Positions 51,402 to 62,055 of a DNA stretch of 64,000 nt are shown here, in pieces; position 1 is the first letter of the stretch, and each line of letters starts with the position of its first letter. Both the position numbers and the translations under genes were made by a program. The notes beneath the pieces were generated by a model. The model was not told where the DNA came from. It did not search any database and saw only the letters and a list, made by a program, of their open reading frames with translations. Where the stretch lies: assembly GCA_963749495.1 (NCBI GenBank), contig CAVVMW010000007.1, positions 170,570 to 234,569 of the forward strand. Reading direction: 5' to 3'. The DNA is from an uncultured bacterium (GTDB taxonomy: Bacteria > Verrucomicrobiota > Verrucomicrobiia > Limisphaerales > UBA8199).

Positions 51402-51947
51402 ATGCGTATCACCATCGATCCCGAGCGTGTCGCGCGGACCTTCTCCGAGTTTGCGGATAGCCCTGCCCTGCAGGAGAGCGCGCAACTCTTCGCCCGCAGG
51501 CTGCCCATCGCGGAGATGATCCAGGCCCTCGCGATGAACCCGAACGTGCTGCGGGCATTCGCCGCGTTTGAGAGCGTTTATCCGTCCGGAACCCTTGAAC
51601 GGGGCCTGCTCGAGAAGGTCATTCTGCGGGTCTCACAAATGCACGACTGCCAGTTTTGCACGCACTCGCACCTGGACATCATGCAGCGCCTCAAGATCCT
51701 CACCGACCTTTCACCGGCGGCGCTGCACACGGAACGCGAGCGTTTGGCGATCGCATACGCCGAGTTGATTACGCTCAATTCGAACCGCGTTCCCGACGCC
51801 TTCTTCGAGCGTTTGCGCGCCGTCTTCACCGACCCGGAAATCGTCGAACTCACGTTCCACACCGGCTTCATCACGATGCTGAACCGGTTTAACAACGCCC
51901 TGCAGGTCCGTTACCGCGGCGAGTTCGACGGGGTGGAGATCCGATAG
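51402..51947 (+). CDS. Carboxymuconolactone decarboxylase/AhpD family protein
   Basis: EKVILRVSQMHDCQFCTHSH, FTDPEIVELT, NRFNNAL. Confidence 0.88.
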   Translation: MRITIDPERVARTFSEFADSPALQESAQLFARRLPIAEMIQALAMNPNVLRAFAAFESVYPSGTLERGLLEKVILRVSQMHDCQFCTHSHLDIMQRLKILTDLSPAALHTERERLAIAYAELITLNSNRVPDAFFERLRAVFTDPEIVELTFHTGFITMLNRFNNALQVRYRGEFDGVEIR

Positions 51948-52039
51948 CACCGCACGATTCAATTTCCACCGCCTAAGGGCATTTCCTTCACCCACTACCA
52001 TTGCTTGTGTCTGCGTGACGCCGAGCAGCGCGTCCCTGG

Positions 52040-52560
52040 GTATCAGACTGAAGGTCAAGGCCAGGTGCAACTTGGTCTCCCGCGTGCTCTGTCGCCGATC
52101 CAACTCTTCAAAGAAAACCATCGGTTGACGGTCGAGTTCGGGTGGGAACTGCGGCGCCAGCACCGACTGCCGTGGGGCCGACGCGAGGAAATCCCGGCGT
52201 GATTCGAAGACAACCATGCGGCAGGCGTTGGCGAGCACGAGATTGTTCGGCTCGAGGCGAAGGCCCTGGCGGATGTTGTCAAGAGCAGCGTGAAGGTCTC
52301 CCTGCCGGTAGGCCGCGATTCCCCGCCGCACCAAAGCTGCGCCCTCGGATAGAGGCGTGACCTTCTGCGCTCCTGGCCCGGAGTGCGGCTCCGACCAAAT
52401 AAACGTGTTTAACTGTTTCATCGCTTCCAGGCCGGCAAGACCTGAGGGTCTCAAGCGTTACCCCAGCAGGAACCGCGGGCAGGTCGAGCATTCCCACGCG
52501 AAGCCAAGCAACCATGGCCGTGGTGGCGATCAGGAGCAGCCCGACCATCCACCAGGATCT
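52040..52560 (-). pseudogene. Fragment(s) of a membrane-anchored TPR-like protein
   Basis: WWMVGLLLIATTAMVAWL TM piece and LVRRGIAAYRQGDLHAALDNIRQGLRLEPNN in different frames. Confidence 0.4.
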
Positions 52561-52569
52561 GGCAACGCG

Positions 52570-54480
52570 TTGGACGAGGCAACTTTTCGCCGCACGGTGC
52601 TGCCCAAGGTTCAAGGCGCGCGCAACGTGCTGGCGGCAGTGGACACGGAACGCTTGCGACTGTTCGTCACGTTCGGTTCGATTATTGCGCGGGCCTGCTC
52701 GGGGGAAGCCGACTACGCCACGGCCAACGAGTGGCTGGCAGCGTTGACCCAGGAGTTTCAAACCCAGCATCCGCGATGTCGCTGCCTCGCTCTGGAGTGG
52801 TCGCTCTGGTCCGGGGTCGGCATGGGCGAACGACTGGGCCGGGTAGGGTCGCTGGTTCAACAGGGCATCACGCCCATTACGCCCGACGAAGGCGTGCGGA
52901 CCCTGTGCGAGTTGCTCCGTCAGCCGATGCCCGCCGTGGCTTTGGTCGTCACCGGACGATTCGGCGAGCCGCCGACGCTCAAGCTGGCCGGAGCCGAGCT
53001 GCCCTTGCAGCGGTTCCTGGAACGGAAGCGAGTGCATTATCCGGGCGTGGAGCTGGTCGTGGATGCCGAGTTGTCCGTGCGCACCGATCCGTATCTGGAG
53101 GACCACATCGTCCAGAAGCAACGGATCTTTCCGGCGGTGCTTGGTTTGGAAGCCATGGCCCAGGCGGCGATGGCCCTCGCCGGCGCCGCGGACGCGCCGG
53201 TTTTTGAAAAGGTGGAATTCCTGCGGCCGGTAGCTTTATCAGACAAGACGCCACTGACCATCCGGCTGGCAGCACTGCAACGCAAAGCCGGTTGGGTGGA
53301 AGTGTGTCTGCGTTCCGAGGAAACGGATTTTCAAGCCGATCATTTCCGGGCCGTCTGCCGGTTCGGCACGGTTGACGGAGCCGATGCGCCGCGGCTGGCG
53401 CTTTCGCCTTTTGAGTCCGCAGGCCTGCCACTCAATCCGCAGCGTGATTTGTATAACCGGATTCTTTTTCACCGCGGCCGATTCTGCCGCTTGCGCAGTT
53501 ACCGCCTGCTGAAAGCGAAAGAGTGCGTCGCGGAAATCAGATCCGAGGGGGGCGCGCCGTGGTTCGGGCCTTACCTGCCGGGAGAGTTTGTGCTTGGCGA
53601 TCCAGGCGCGCGCGACGCGGCGTTGCACGCGATTCAGGCGTGCATCCCGCATCGGCGCCTGCTGCCGACAGCCATTGAACGGCTGGTCATCCACCGCGTT
53701 GAGCCCGGCGTGCGCGTCGTTCGGGCCAAAGAGCGCGTGCGTGACGGCAACAACTTCGTTTACGACCTGGAAGTGATGAACGCAAGCGGCAGGGTGATCG
53801 AGCGTTGGGAAGGACTTCGCTTGCACGCCGTTGAAATGGTGACGCTGCCCGATCCCTGCCCGGAATCGCTGCTCGCGCCTTATCTTGAACGCCGGCTGGA
53901 AGAGTTGGTGGTTGAAGCACCCGTGAACGTTGCGTTTGGACACGACGGGGAGCAGGATCGGTCTGTGAACAGCGCCAGGCTCATTCAGCAGGCGCTGAGC
54001 CAGGCGAGTTCACTCTGGCGGCGGCCCGATGGCAAGCCGGTGGCCTTTGGCGGCAGAGGCATTTCCGCAGCGCACTCGCAGAACTTCACGCTGGCCGTAG
54101 CGGGCCGCGGCGGAGTGGCTTGTGATTTGGAAGAACTGGCACCCCGATCGGAGGCTGTGTGGCGCGGCCTTTTGGGCGAGGAAGGATTCAGGCTGGCCGG
54201 GGGAATCGCGCGGGAGCGACCGGAGGACGTTAACACAGCCGCGACGCGATTGTGGACCGCAATGGAGTGCGTGAAGAAAGCCGGGCTGGCGGTGGAGGCG
54301 CCGCTCGTGTTTGAGCCGGCCACCGCTGACGGCTGGGTGTTGCTCCGCACGGGCTCGCTCACCGTGGCCACCTGGGTTACAACGGTGCGCGGAATGAAGA
54401 ATGCGCTGGTGGCAGCGGTAGCCTTCCAGGCTTCGCTGGCGCACGGGCAACCGGCCGCGCCGGCCGGGGCGATGCTGTGA
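52570..54480 (+). pseudogene. pksE: C-terminal fragment (partial KR, DH, PPTase-like) of an enediyne-type iterative type I PKS
   Basis: PKVQGARNVL, FVTFGSII, ADYATANEWL, EWSLWSGVGMG; DPYLEDH...FPAVLGLEAMAQ; LGDPGARDAALHAIQAC; RRPDGKP, SAAHS, ACDLE, TRLWTAMECVKKAG. No KS, AT or ACP. Confidence 0.85.
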
Positions 54481-54495
54481 AGATGCGACCAGGCC

Positions 54496-55335
54496 ATGCG
54501 CCACTACGAATACCGCCACATCGTCAGTTTCCAGGAAACGAACCTGGTGGGGAACGTCTATTACACAAACCACCTGAGCTGGCAGGGCCGGTGCCGGGAG
54601 CTGTTCTTGCGCGAGCACGCGCCGGACGTGATTGACGAGTTGCGTTGCCGCCTGAGCCTGGCCACGGTGAGTTGCTCCTGCGAATACTCCTCCGAACTGC
54701 TGGCCTTCGACGAGATCATTGTGCGCATGCGGCTCGCGGACCTGGTGCAGAACCGGATGCGCCTGGAGGTGGGATACAATTCCTTGGGCACCTTTTCCAA
54801 AACGTTCAACGAACTGGTGGGCGTTTCGCCGCAGGAGTTCCGCGCGATGCCCAAGCGGCTCACGGCCGAACAATTCGCCAGGGCCATTTGGCGTTACCTC
54901 GCGTCACGCAAAAAAATCTCCGGGCCGCGGATCGAGGGTGTGGTGGAGGGGCCGCGCCGGCCTCGGGGCTTCACGTTCGTCGGCACGTTCACCCGCGGCG
55001 TGCCGCTGGGCGTCCCGTTTTCGGGCACGGTCATGGCCGGCCGCGGCATCTTCTGCATCGAACGTCCTGAGATGGAGGAGTTCCATCTGCTGGCGGCGCT
55101 GGTGCCCCTGTCGGCCAGCTTCACCGACCTGGTGGCAAACATTCCCATTAGCCTCGTGGCGAGTTTGCGCGTGCAAAATGGCCGGAGCGGCTCCCATGAA
55201 CGGCCGCGACTTCGGTTGCGCGCCGTGCGCCCGACCGATCCGCCGATTCTTTTGGCGCTGCCAGCTCTGCCTCCGTTGCGCGGTTGCGGAGAACGTGGCG
55301 TTACCCGCGTTTTTCGCCCGGCGGCCGGCCGCTGA
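54496..55335 (+). pseudogene. Chimera of an enediyne-type hot-dog thioesterase N-part and an AraC regulator C-part
   Basis: YEYRHIVSFQETNLVGNVYYTNHLSWQGRCRELFL joined at CTGGAG (54763-54768) to LEVGYNSLGTFSKTFNELVGVSPQEFR. Confidence 0.8.
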
Positions 55336-55722
55336 GCGCCTGGCCAAACAGCAGGAATGGCTTGGGTGGACTCCCTGCCATGCCGCCGGTCTGCGCGGGA
55401 CCGGTGGCGTTCACGACATTTTCAATCGAAACAGCCGTTGTCGGCGCGAACCCACGCCCCGGCGTTGGTGAGGACCAAATCGACATTCCATTTTCCTGCG
55501 ATCTCATCGAAGCGCAGGGCTTTGAACAGGACCTGGACCTCAGGGGAAACATCCTCCAGGACCAGGTTGGTTCCCGCAACCGGAAATACCCTCGAGTTAG
55601 AGAACGAGGCCGGCTGGATTGACCGGAACCGGGAGAACCGGCAGATGGAGGGCGACGCGCTCGAAATCCTGTTCAGACCGCGGCACCGCGCGGCAATGGG
55701 CGTCAGAGGAACGGAAAGCGGG

Positions 55723-56733
55723 TCAGCGGAGCGGAAAGTCTTCCACCTTCGCACACGTGCCCGCCAGACGGAGCAACGCGCGCAACCGCTCCAGGTCGGT
55801 CTCGGCGTTCACACCCGCCCGCACCGCCTCAGGCACCGCCCCAAACCGCACATCCAGCAAGTCCAGGATGTTCTGCCGGCAGTTCATCACCTGGCCTTGT
55901 TGGATGCCCTTTTCGATGCCCTTTTCGATGCCCTTTTCGATGCCCTTTTCGATGCCCTTTTCGATGCCGATCTCAATGCCCTTTTCAATCCCGGACCTTT
56001 CTACGCTCGTTACGTATGGCATAACCTGCTCCGCTTCGAATTCATACACCTGCCGCCGGAATCGGACTTCCAGGTCCTCCGGCAGCCTCAGCAACCAATC
56101 TACCAGGCGGAACAACTCCAGGATGTCCGCCTTCTCCAATCCAATCTCATACAGCCGCCGGGTCAGGTCCCATTTCAACGCCAAGCCCCGCTGCGCGTCC
56201 TTGCCCGCCTGCTGCGCCGCCCAATTGGCCAACACTACCACGGCCGAGGGCTCCCGGCTTGCCCGCAGCCCGGCCTCATCTGCCACTAAATCTAGCAGCT
56301 TGCAGACCGAAAAGTCAAACCGTACCCGCGTCCCGGGAACCACCATCTCGTAGTGCGTCGGCCGCCAGCGCGGGTCCGCGTCCGCCAGGATGACCAGCGT
56401 GGCCACCGGCTTGCCATACACATCCATGGCCCGGTAGTTGTAGCGATAAACCCGCTGCTCGAAGGCCGGCTCTGGCCGGTGCTGCACTTCGATGTGCAAC
56501 AGAATCCATTCCTCGGTCCCGTCGAGCAGCCAGACCTTGATCAGCAGGTCCACAAACTGCCGGCCCGCCTCGGCCTCGCGCACAATCTGCTGCAATTCTT
56601 TGTCGAGAAACTCCGGCGGGCGTGACCAGTCCAGGGCGGGCTCGACTGCGGGAAAGCACAGGCGCATGAATGAGCGCAGGTAGAGGCGGAGGGCCTCCTT
56701 CCAGGGACTGTCGTAATCAAACGTGGGGCTCAT
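55723..56733 (-). CDS. Rpn/YhgA-like PD-(D/E)XK family protein with GIEK repeats
   Basis: DYDSPWKEAL, EFLDKELQQI, VDLLIKV, ILLHIEVQ, MPYVTSVER, about eight (EKGI)-type repeats. Confidence 0.88.
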   Translation of the reverse strand: MSPTFDYDSPWKEALRLYLRSFMRLCFPAVEPALDWSRPPEFLDKELQQIVREAEAGRQFVDLLIKVWLLDGTEEWILLHIEVQHRPEPAFEQRVYRYNYRAMDVYGKPVATLVILADADPRWRPTHYEMVVPGTRVRFDFSVCKLLDLVADEAGLRASREPSAVVVLANWAAQQAGKDAQRGLALKWDLTRRLYEIGLEKADILELFRLVDWLLRLPEDLEVRFRRQVYEFEAEQVMPYVTSVERSGIEKGIEIGIEKGIEKGIEKGIEKGIEKGIQQGQVMNCRQNILDLLDVRFGAVPEAVRAGVNAETDLERLRALLRLAGTCAKVEDFPLR

Positions 56734-56842
56734 AGACCTGCCCGCAAGATGCCGGGAAGCGGGAAGGAAGGCCAGACCGTTCTCCGTTTTTTAGCTCCTG
56801 GCTCAACCGTTGCTGGGCGGAAATGGCCCGTAAGCGGCTCAT

Positions 56843-57676
56843 TCATCCGCGGATGCGTCGAGACATCGAGGACGCCATTCTCAATGCCCGCGCCAATCCA
56901 GCCCCAGCCTCGCAAGTTCGATGCGCAAGGCGGCGAGGTTCCACTCGAAGACCCGGTAGCCATTGGCCAGCAACCAGAGCCGCGCCCCATCGGGGCTGAG
57001 CCAGGCGTTGCGCACGGCCAGCAACAACCGTCCATCGGCGTTCCGCGCCAGCCCGCTGCAGGACACTTGGAGACCTGCCGCCATCCTCGAAAGTTCCCGG
57101 AATACCCGCTCCGGCGCCAACTCCAACACGCTCAATTCCCGATCGCTCGGCGCCATGGTCAACCGTCGCCCATCGCGCGAAAAGCGCATCACGCGGTGCC
57201 GCCCTACACCGGTGACCAGGTCCTGGCCGGAGAACGCGTCGCAAAGCTGCAACGCCCAATCCTCGCCAATCAACGCTATCACCCGCCCGTCGGACGAAAA
57301 CTCGAATTGCCGCGGGTGACGCAAGTGCCTCGGCCAGCGCTTGCTGGTCTCTTGTGGCTGGAGGCGCAAAGCCGCCGGACGGTTCCGGGGCGATATACCG
57401 CTCCAGATCGGATGAAAAGACCACCGCGCTGCCTCCAAAACCGAACGGTGACGGAAAGCGGGCAATCTCGCGCAAATCAGGCCGGGCCAACGCCGCCGCG
57501 ACTTCATTGCGCAGCTCGAGCGACGGGCGAATTGCGGCCGGCTGGGCTGACATCTTCACGGCGGCCAGGCGCCGCAACTCCTCGTAAACCAGGGGCAACA
57601 ACTTCTCGGCCGCTTGGGGATCTCCGGCCCCAACCGCTTCAAGCATCTGAGTCACGTGTTCCGGCGCCGTTTCCAT
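56843..57676 (-). pseudogene. Chimera of a planctomycete-type ECF sigma N-terminus and fragments of a WD40-like protein
   Basis: VTQMLEAVGAGDPQAAEKLLPLVYEELRRLAA then AAIRPSLELRNE; FSSDGR, FSRDGR and W.L..LR.ELA.LGLDW in a second frame. Confidence 0.7.
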
Positions 57677-58237
57677 GGACTCTTCCCCGGCCTTCGCTTG
57701 CCTCTCCGAAGAGGCGCGAATCAGTTCGGGGAACTATTAAGATTAGACACCAAAATCGGCCAAAGTGCAACTCGCGGCCGCCCGCGGGAGGCGCCCCGGC
57801 CACTGCCGAATCGCGGTGCCAGGCCAGCCCGTCGTGCCTGGGCCTGGACGCCGCTGCTGAGCCTGGGCGGACGGGCTGGATTGCCCGCCAGCGGGCCAGG
57901 CGGCCGAGGAGGCCAGAGGGCATCCAGATGGACACCTTCTGGAAAGAGCGCCTCAACACCCATGCTGCCCGCAACGATTGCACGGCCCTCGCGGAGTAGC
58001 CGAAAATGTTTGTCCTGCGCCCTTGAGTCTCTCGATCATCTGATTGCGCTGGAAAACGCGGCAGGGATTCTGCAATCCAGCAGGCGGACGGGTTCGGTTT
58101 TAGCACCAAGTTGGCCAGCGGAACATGCATCTTAAAGGTCAGGGCAGCGCTGCTCACCTGCGGCGGGGCGGCACACAGCCCGAAGATTGGGTGTCGGATT
58201 TGCCGCCGGTGCGGCTACTATAGATTAGAAGGTTGTT

Positions 58238-60028
58238 ATGGAAGACGACGAACTATTGAGCGAATATGCCGAGCACCACTCCGATAAAGCCTTCGCCGAA
58301 TTGGTGGCGCGTCATATCGATCTGGTCTATTCCACCGCGTTCCGACTGGTGGGGGAGACCCACCTGGCCCGGGACGTGGCGCAAATGGTCTTCATCGGCC
58401 TGGCCCGCAAGCCTCGGTCACTGCACAACCCCCGGGTCTTGGCGGGGTGGCTCTATCACACGACGCGGTTCAAAGCCGCCAGCGCCTTGCGGACGGAGCA
58501 TCGGCAACGGCAACGGGAAAGCACGGCCATGGAACTGAACGCGCTCGATTCGGATTCCCAATCGGTCTGGCAGGACATGGCGCCGCAGTTGGATGCGGCG
58601 ATGGACACCCTGGACCTGAACGACCGGGACGCGGTCGTGCTGCGCTTCTTCAAGGGCAAGAGCCTGCGCGAAGTCGGCCAGGCCTTGGGCACTTCCGAGG
58701 ATGCGGCCCAAAAGCGCGTCACTCGGGCCTTGGAGAAGCTCCGGTCTTATTTCGCGCACCGAGGCATTGCCGCGACTGCCGCCTTGATTGCGGCGGAGAT
58801 CTCCGCCCACGCGGTCCAAAGCGCGCCTGCCGGGTTGGCAGCAGGCATCGCCGCCACTTCGCTCGCCGGGGCCGCCGGCGGCGGAACCACGGCTTGGGCA
58901 CTCAAATTGGTTGAAGTGGTGGCTGGAACAAACCTGAGAATCACCGCTACGGCGCTGATCGTCATCGCCGCCGCCACTCCGATGCTTCTGAGCCGCCACG
59001 CGGCGTCTCCCGACGCAACCTCCGCTCCCGGAACGGTTGGGACAGCCCAACCGGACGCGGACCTGGCTCCGTCCCCGGCCATCAAGCCCGCCAGGCCGGC
59101 AACCCCCAAGGAATCTCTGGTGGAGCGCATGGTCGCGGAATCGGCAACAGAGCTGACAGCGGAGCAAATCGAGGCCTATTTGCAGCAGAACAAGCGCAGC
59201 GCGGAGAATCTCCTGGCCGCCTTCCGCGTTAGCCTCGATAAGAAGTATCTCCTGGAGGCAGGGGCCAATTTCCCGAATGATGCGCGCGTGCAGTTTGCCG
59301 CTATCGCCAATGACGCGTTTCCCGGCGAAAACCGCAAATGGGTTGACGCCTTCAAGGCCACCGCGCCTGACAATTCCCTGGCGTGGTATTTCTCGGCGCT
59401 GGGCTACTTCAAATCCAAGCAGCCCAACCTGGCCGTTCGGGAGCTTTCCGAGGCCACCCGCCTGGGGTCCTTCGACAACTACGGCGAGCAAACCTGCCAG
59501 GCGGTCGAGGAGATGTGTCGCCTGGCCGGCCGCTCGCCGCTGGCGGCCAAATTCAAAGCGGCGTGCGGCAGCAGGACCCCGCCGGGCTATCTTGATAAAT
59601 TGAGGGCCCTGGCCGCCGAAATGAGCCAGGTGAGACAACAATACCAGGACCAGGGGGATGCCGATTCGGCAAACTCCATGGCCGCGATGACCATGGCCCT
59701 GGGCGGCCAACTCAGGGCCAACGACGTTTTCGATGCGAGTATGGGAACCGCCATCCAGAAGAAGGTCCTCGCACAACTGGCCCCTAAAGGGAACTACGAA
59801 TTCCTGGGCCGCCCGGTGAGCGAAGTGACGGGGGAAATTGACCGGCAAAGGGAGGCGACCAGGCAAGCCGTGCAAAAGAGAAACCAGGTGCTTGCGACTC
59901 TCAATGAAGCGGAGTTGTCCGATTACTTCGAACGCGAAAAGCTTTATGGCGAAGCCAAGGCCATGCAGTGGTTGGAAGCGACCTACTGGACCCCTAACCT
60001 GCCGCCGCCGCCATCGTGGTCCAAATAG
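58238..60028 (+). CDS. ECF sigma-70 factor with TM segment and long C-terminal extension
   Basis: AFAELVARHIDLVYSTA, LAGWLY.TTRF, LRFFKGKSLREVG..LGTSEDAAQKRVTRALEKLR. Confidence 0.92.
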   Translation: MEDDELLSEYAEHHSDKAFAELVARHIDLVYSTAFRLVGETHLARDVAQMVFIGLARKPRSLHNPRVLAGWLYHTTRFKAASALRTEHRQRQRESTAMELNALDSDSQSVWQDMAPQLDAAMDTLDLNDRDAVVLRFFKGKSLREVGQALGTSEDAAQKRVTRALEKLRSYFAHRGIAATAALIAAEISAHAVQSAPAGLAAGIAATSLAGAAGGGTTAWALKLVEVVAGTNLRITATALIVIAAATPMLLSRHAASPDATSAPGTVGTAQPDADLAPSPAIKPARPATPKESLVERMVAESATELTAEQIEAYLQQNKRSAENLLAAFRVSLDKKYLLEAGANFPNDARVQFAAIANDAFPGENRKWVDAFKATAPDNSLAWYFSALGYFKSKQPNLAVRELSEATRLGSFDNYGEQTCQAVEEMCRLAGRSPLAAKFKAACGSRTPPGYLDKLRALAAEMSQVRQQYQDQGDADSANSMAAMTMALGGQLRANDVFDASMGTAIQKKVLAQLAPKGNYEFLGRPVSEVTGEIDRQREATRQAVQKRNQVLATLNEAELSDYFEREKLYGEAKAMQWLEATYWTPNLPPPPSWSK

Positions 60029-60080
60029 TGCGATTTCAAAGCCGCCGTACCCAATTGCTCGTTCAACCAAGGAGATACCT

Positions 60081-60521
60081 ATGAAGTCCCAAATAAACGC
60101 CTGGCTCATAACCGCAGCCCTGGCCCTGACCGCCCTCGCCCTGCCTCTTGGGTGTGGCGTGGCCGCGGCAAAGCCAACCGTCAATCCAGCCGGCAGATGG
60201 AAACTGGCTGTCGGCACCAACAGCCAGACAGGGACAGGCTTCCAACCCACGCTGAGCATCCGGCGGGAGGGCGGCAAGCTCGTTGGCGGCCTGAGCCACA
60301 GCACCAATGGGCGCGTGGAAGACCGTCCCCTTGAAGACGTCAGGCTCGAGGGGAGCAATCTCTTCTTCACGGTTACCGTTGCCTCGTCCGGCGGCGGGCC
60401 ACCCATGACGCGGAAGTACCGGAGCACAATAAGCGGGGACACCATCAAGGGACAGGTCGAGATAGAGTTTGGAGGCGAGACCCGCACGCGGGATTGGGAA
60501 GCCAAACGGGTCAGCGAATAG
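60081..60521 (+). CDS. Secreted beta-rich hypothetical protein
   Basis: AAGGAG RBS, signal peptide, NPAGRWKL...GDTIKG...RDWEAKR. Confidence 0.75.
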   Translation: MKSQINAWLITAALALTALALPLGCGVAAAKPTVNPAGRWKLAVGTNSQTGTGFQPTLSIRREGGKLVGGLSHSTNGRVEDRPLEDVRLEGSNLFFTVTVASSGGGPPMTRKYRSTISGDTIKGQVEIEFGGETRTRDWEAKRVSE

Positions 60522-60874
60522 CTCGATGAAGCACCGAACAATGCCAGGGCATCACAACGCCTTTGGTCCTCGGAGCGTGCCGTTCAAGGTGTAGAATGTC
60601 ATTCCCTGGGCGCTCGCTTTGGGTGCGTTCGCCGTCGCGATGGTTCTGTCGTACCGAGCTTCCCGCGAAAGGCCTCCTGTGGACCTCCGCACTCGGTTGG
60701 TCTTGGCGTTGGACGCCCTCCTGGCGACAGCAGTGGCATTCGGGTATGCGGTCCGGGAAGGCGCTTTCACGCGCTGGGGCGACTTGCTTCCTTGTTTTTG
60801 CTTCGGGCTTTGGTGTTCAGCGGTTTTCCGTCTGCTTCCGCCAAGCATCAATGAAAGCTGCCTGTTCTTTTCCA

Positions 60875-61143
60875 GTGCCTCGTAAACTCAGCAGAATCCC
60901 GGTACCGTGGCGCGCGCCTGTCTCGAACTCGAACGCGAGGGGATCGTCACCGTGCGGCAGGGTTTCGGCACCACGGTGGCACAGGTCAAGAGTCTCCTGC
61001 CCCGGCGTGAAAAGCTCCGGATTCTGGCCGAACCTGCCGACATATTGTTGACCCATGCGTGCCATCTGAATGTTGGATAGGAGGACGTTATCAAACTTCT
61101 GCGTGAGCGGCATGCCGCCATGCTGTCAGAATCATACAGATGA
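60875..61143 (+). pseudogene. GntR (YtrA-like) regulator remnant
   Basis: NPGTVARACLELEREGIVTVRQGFGT; N-terminus missing; internal TAG at 61078. Confidence 0.7.
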
Positions 61144-62052
61144 AACTTCCATCTCCCTCCTCGGCCGAGGCCGTCATCGCCGTCAGCGGTCTGTCGCGGC
61201 ATTTCGGGTCCAAGGCGGCGCTCGACGACGTGTCGCTGTTCGTCCCGCGCGGCAGCGTGCTGGGATTGGTGGGCGAAAATGGCGCCGGCAAGACCACCCT
61301 GATCAAACATCTGCTGGGCGCGCTCAAAGCCCAGGCCGGCGGCGTCCGGGTTTTTGGTCTCGACCCGGTTCTTGATCCCGTGGGTGTGTTGGGCCGGGTG
61401 GGTTATTTGTCGGAGCGGCGCGACCTGCCCGGCTGGATGCGGGTGGACGAGTTTATGCGCTACACCCAGGCCTTTTATCCGGGGTGGGATGAGCATTATG
61501 CCGGGCATCTCTTGGAACAATTCCAACTGGACCCGGCCCAAAAGATCAAGACCCTGTCGCAAGGCCAGCAGGCCAAGACGGGTTTGCTGAACGTCTCTGG
61601 CGTACCGTCCGGAACTGTTGATTCTGGACGAACCCAGTTCGGGTTTGGACCCCGTTGTTCGCCGGGACATTTTGGAGGCGATCATTCGCATCGTGGCCGA
61701 GGAAGGCCGAACCGTTCTGTTCTCGTCTCATCTGCTCGACGAAGTCGAACGTGTCGCCGATCACGTCGTCATGCTCCAGCGTGGACGCGTAGTATTGAAC
61801 GGTCGCACCGAGGAGGTGCGGCGGAGTCATATTTTGGCGGTGCTGGCCTTTGCGCAACCGCCAGTGACGCCACCGGTTCTGGCCGGGGGGCACGCGGTTG
61901 CGGGATACGGTTCTGAATGGCGGGTGTTGTTTGGCGGCTCGCGGCTCGAACTGGAAACGGCTGCCGCATTGATCGGCGCCCGCGTGGTCGAGGAACGAAC
62001 TCCCACGCTGGATGAGATTCTGGTGGCGCGGGCTGGCGGAAAGGGGAGTTGA
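61140..62052 (+). CDS. ABC transporter ATP-binding protein; 1-nt frameshift near 61590
   Basis: GENGAGKTT, LSQGQ, then LILDEPSSGLDP and SSHLLDEVE in the next frame. Confidence 0.88.
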
Positions 62053-62055
62053 TTT

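Noticed and set aside
55903..55990. 12-nt tandem repeat as a non-coding array
   Set aside because: It encodes the EKGI repeats of the Rpn-family protein.
61078..61080. Amber readthrough in the GntR remnant linked to the CUA-bearing RNA
   Set aside because: The gene also lacks its N-terminus, so ordinary decay explains the stop. TAG is also used as a normal stop elsewhere in the window.
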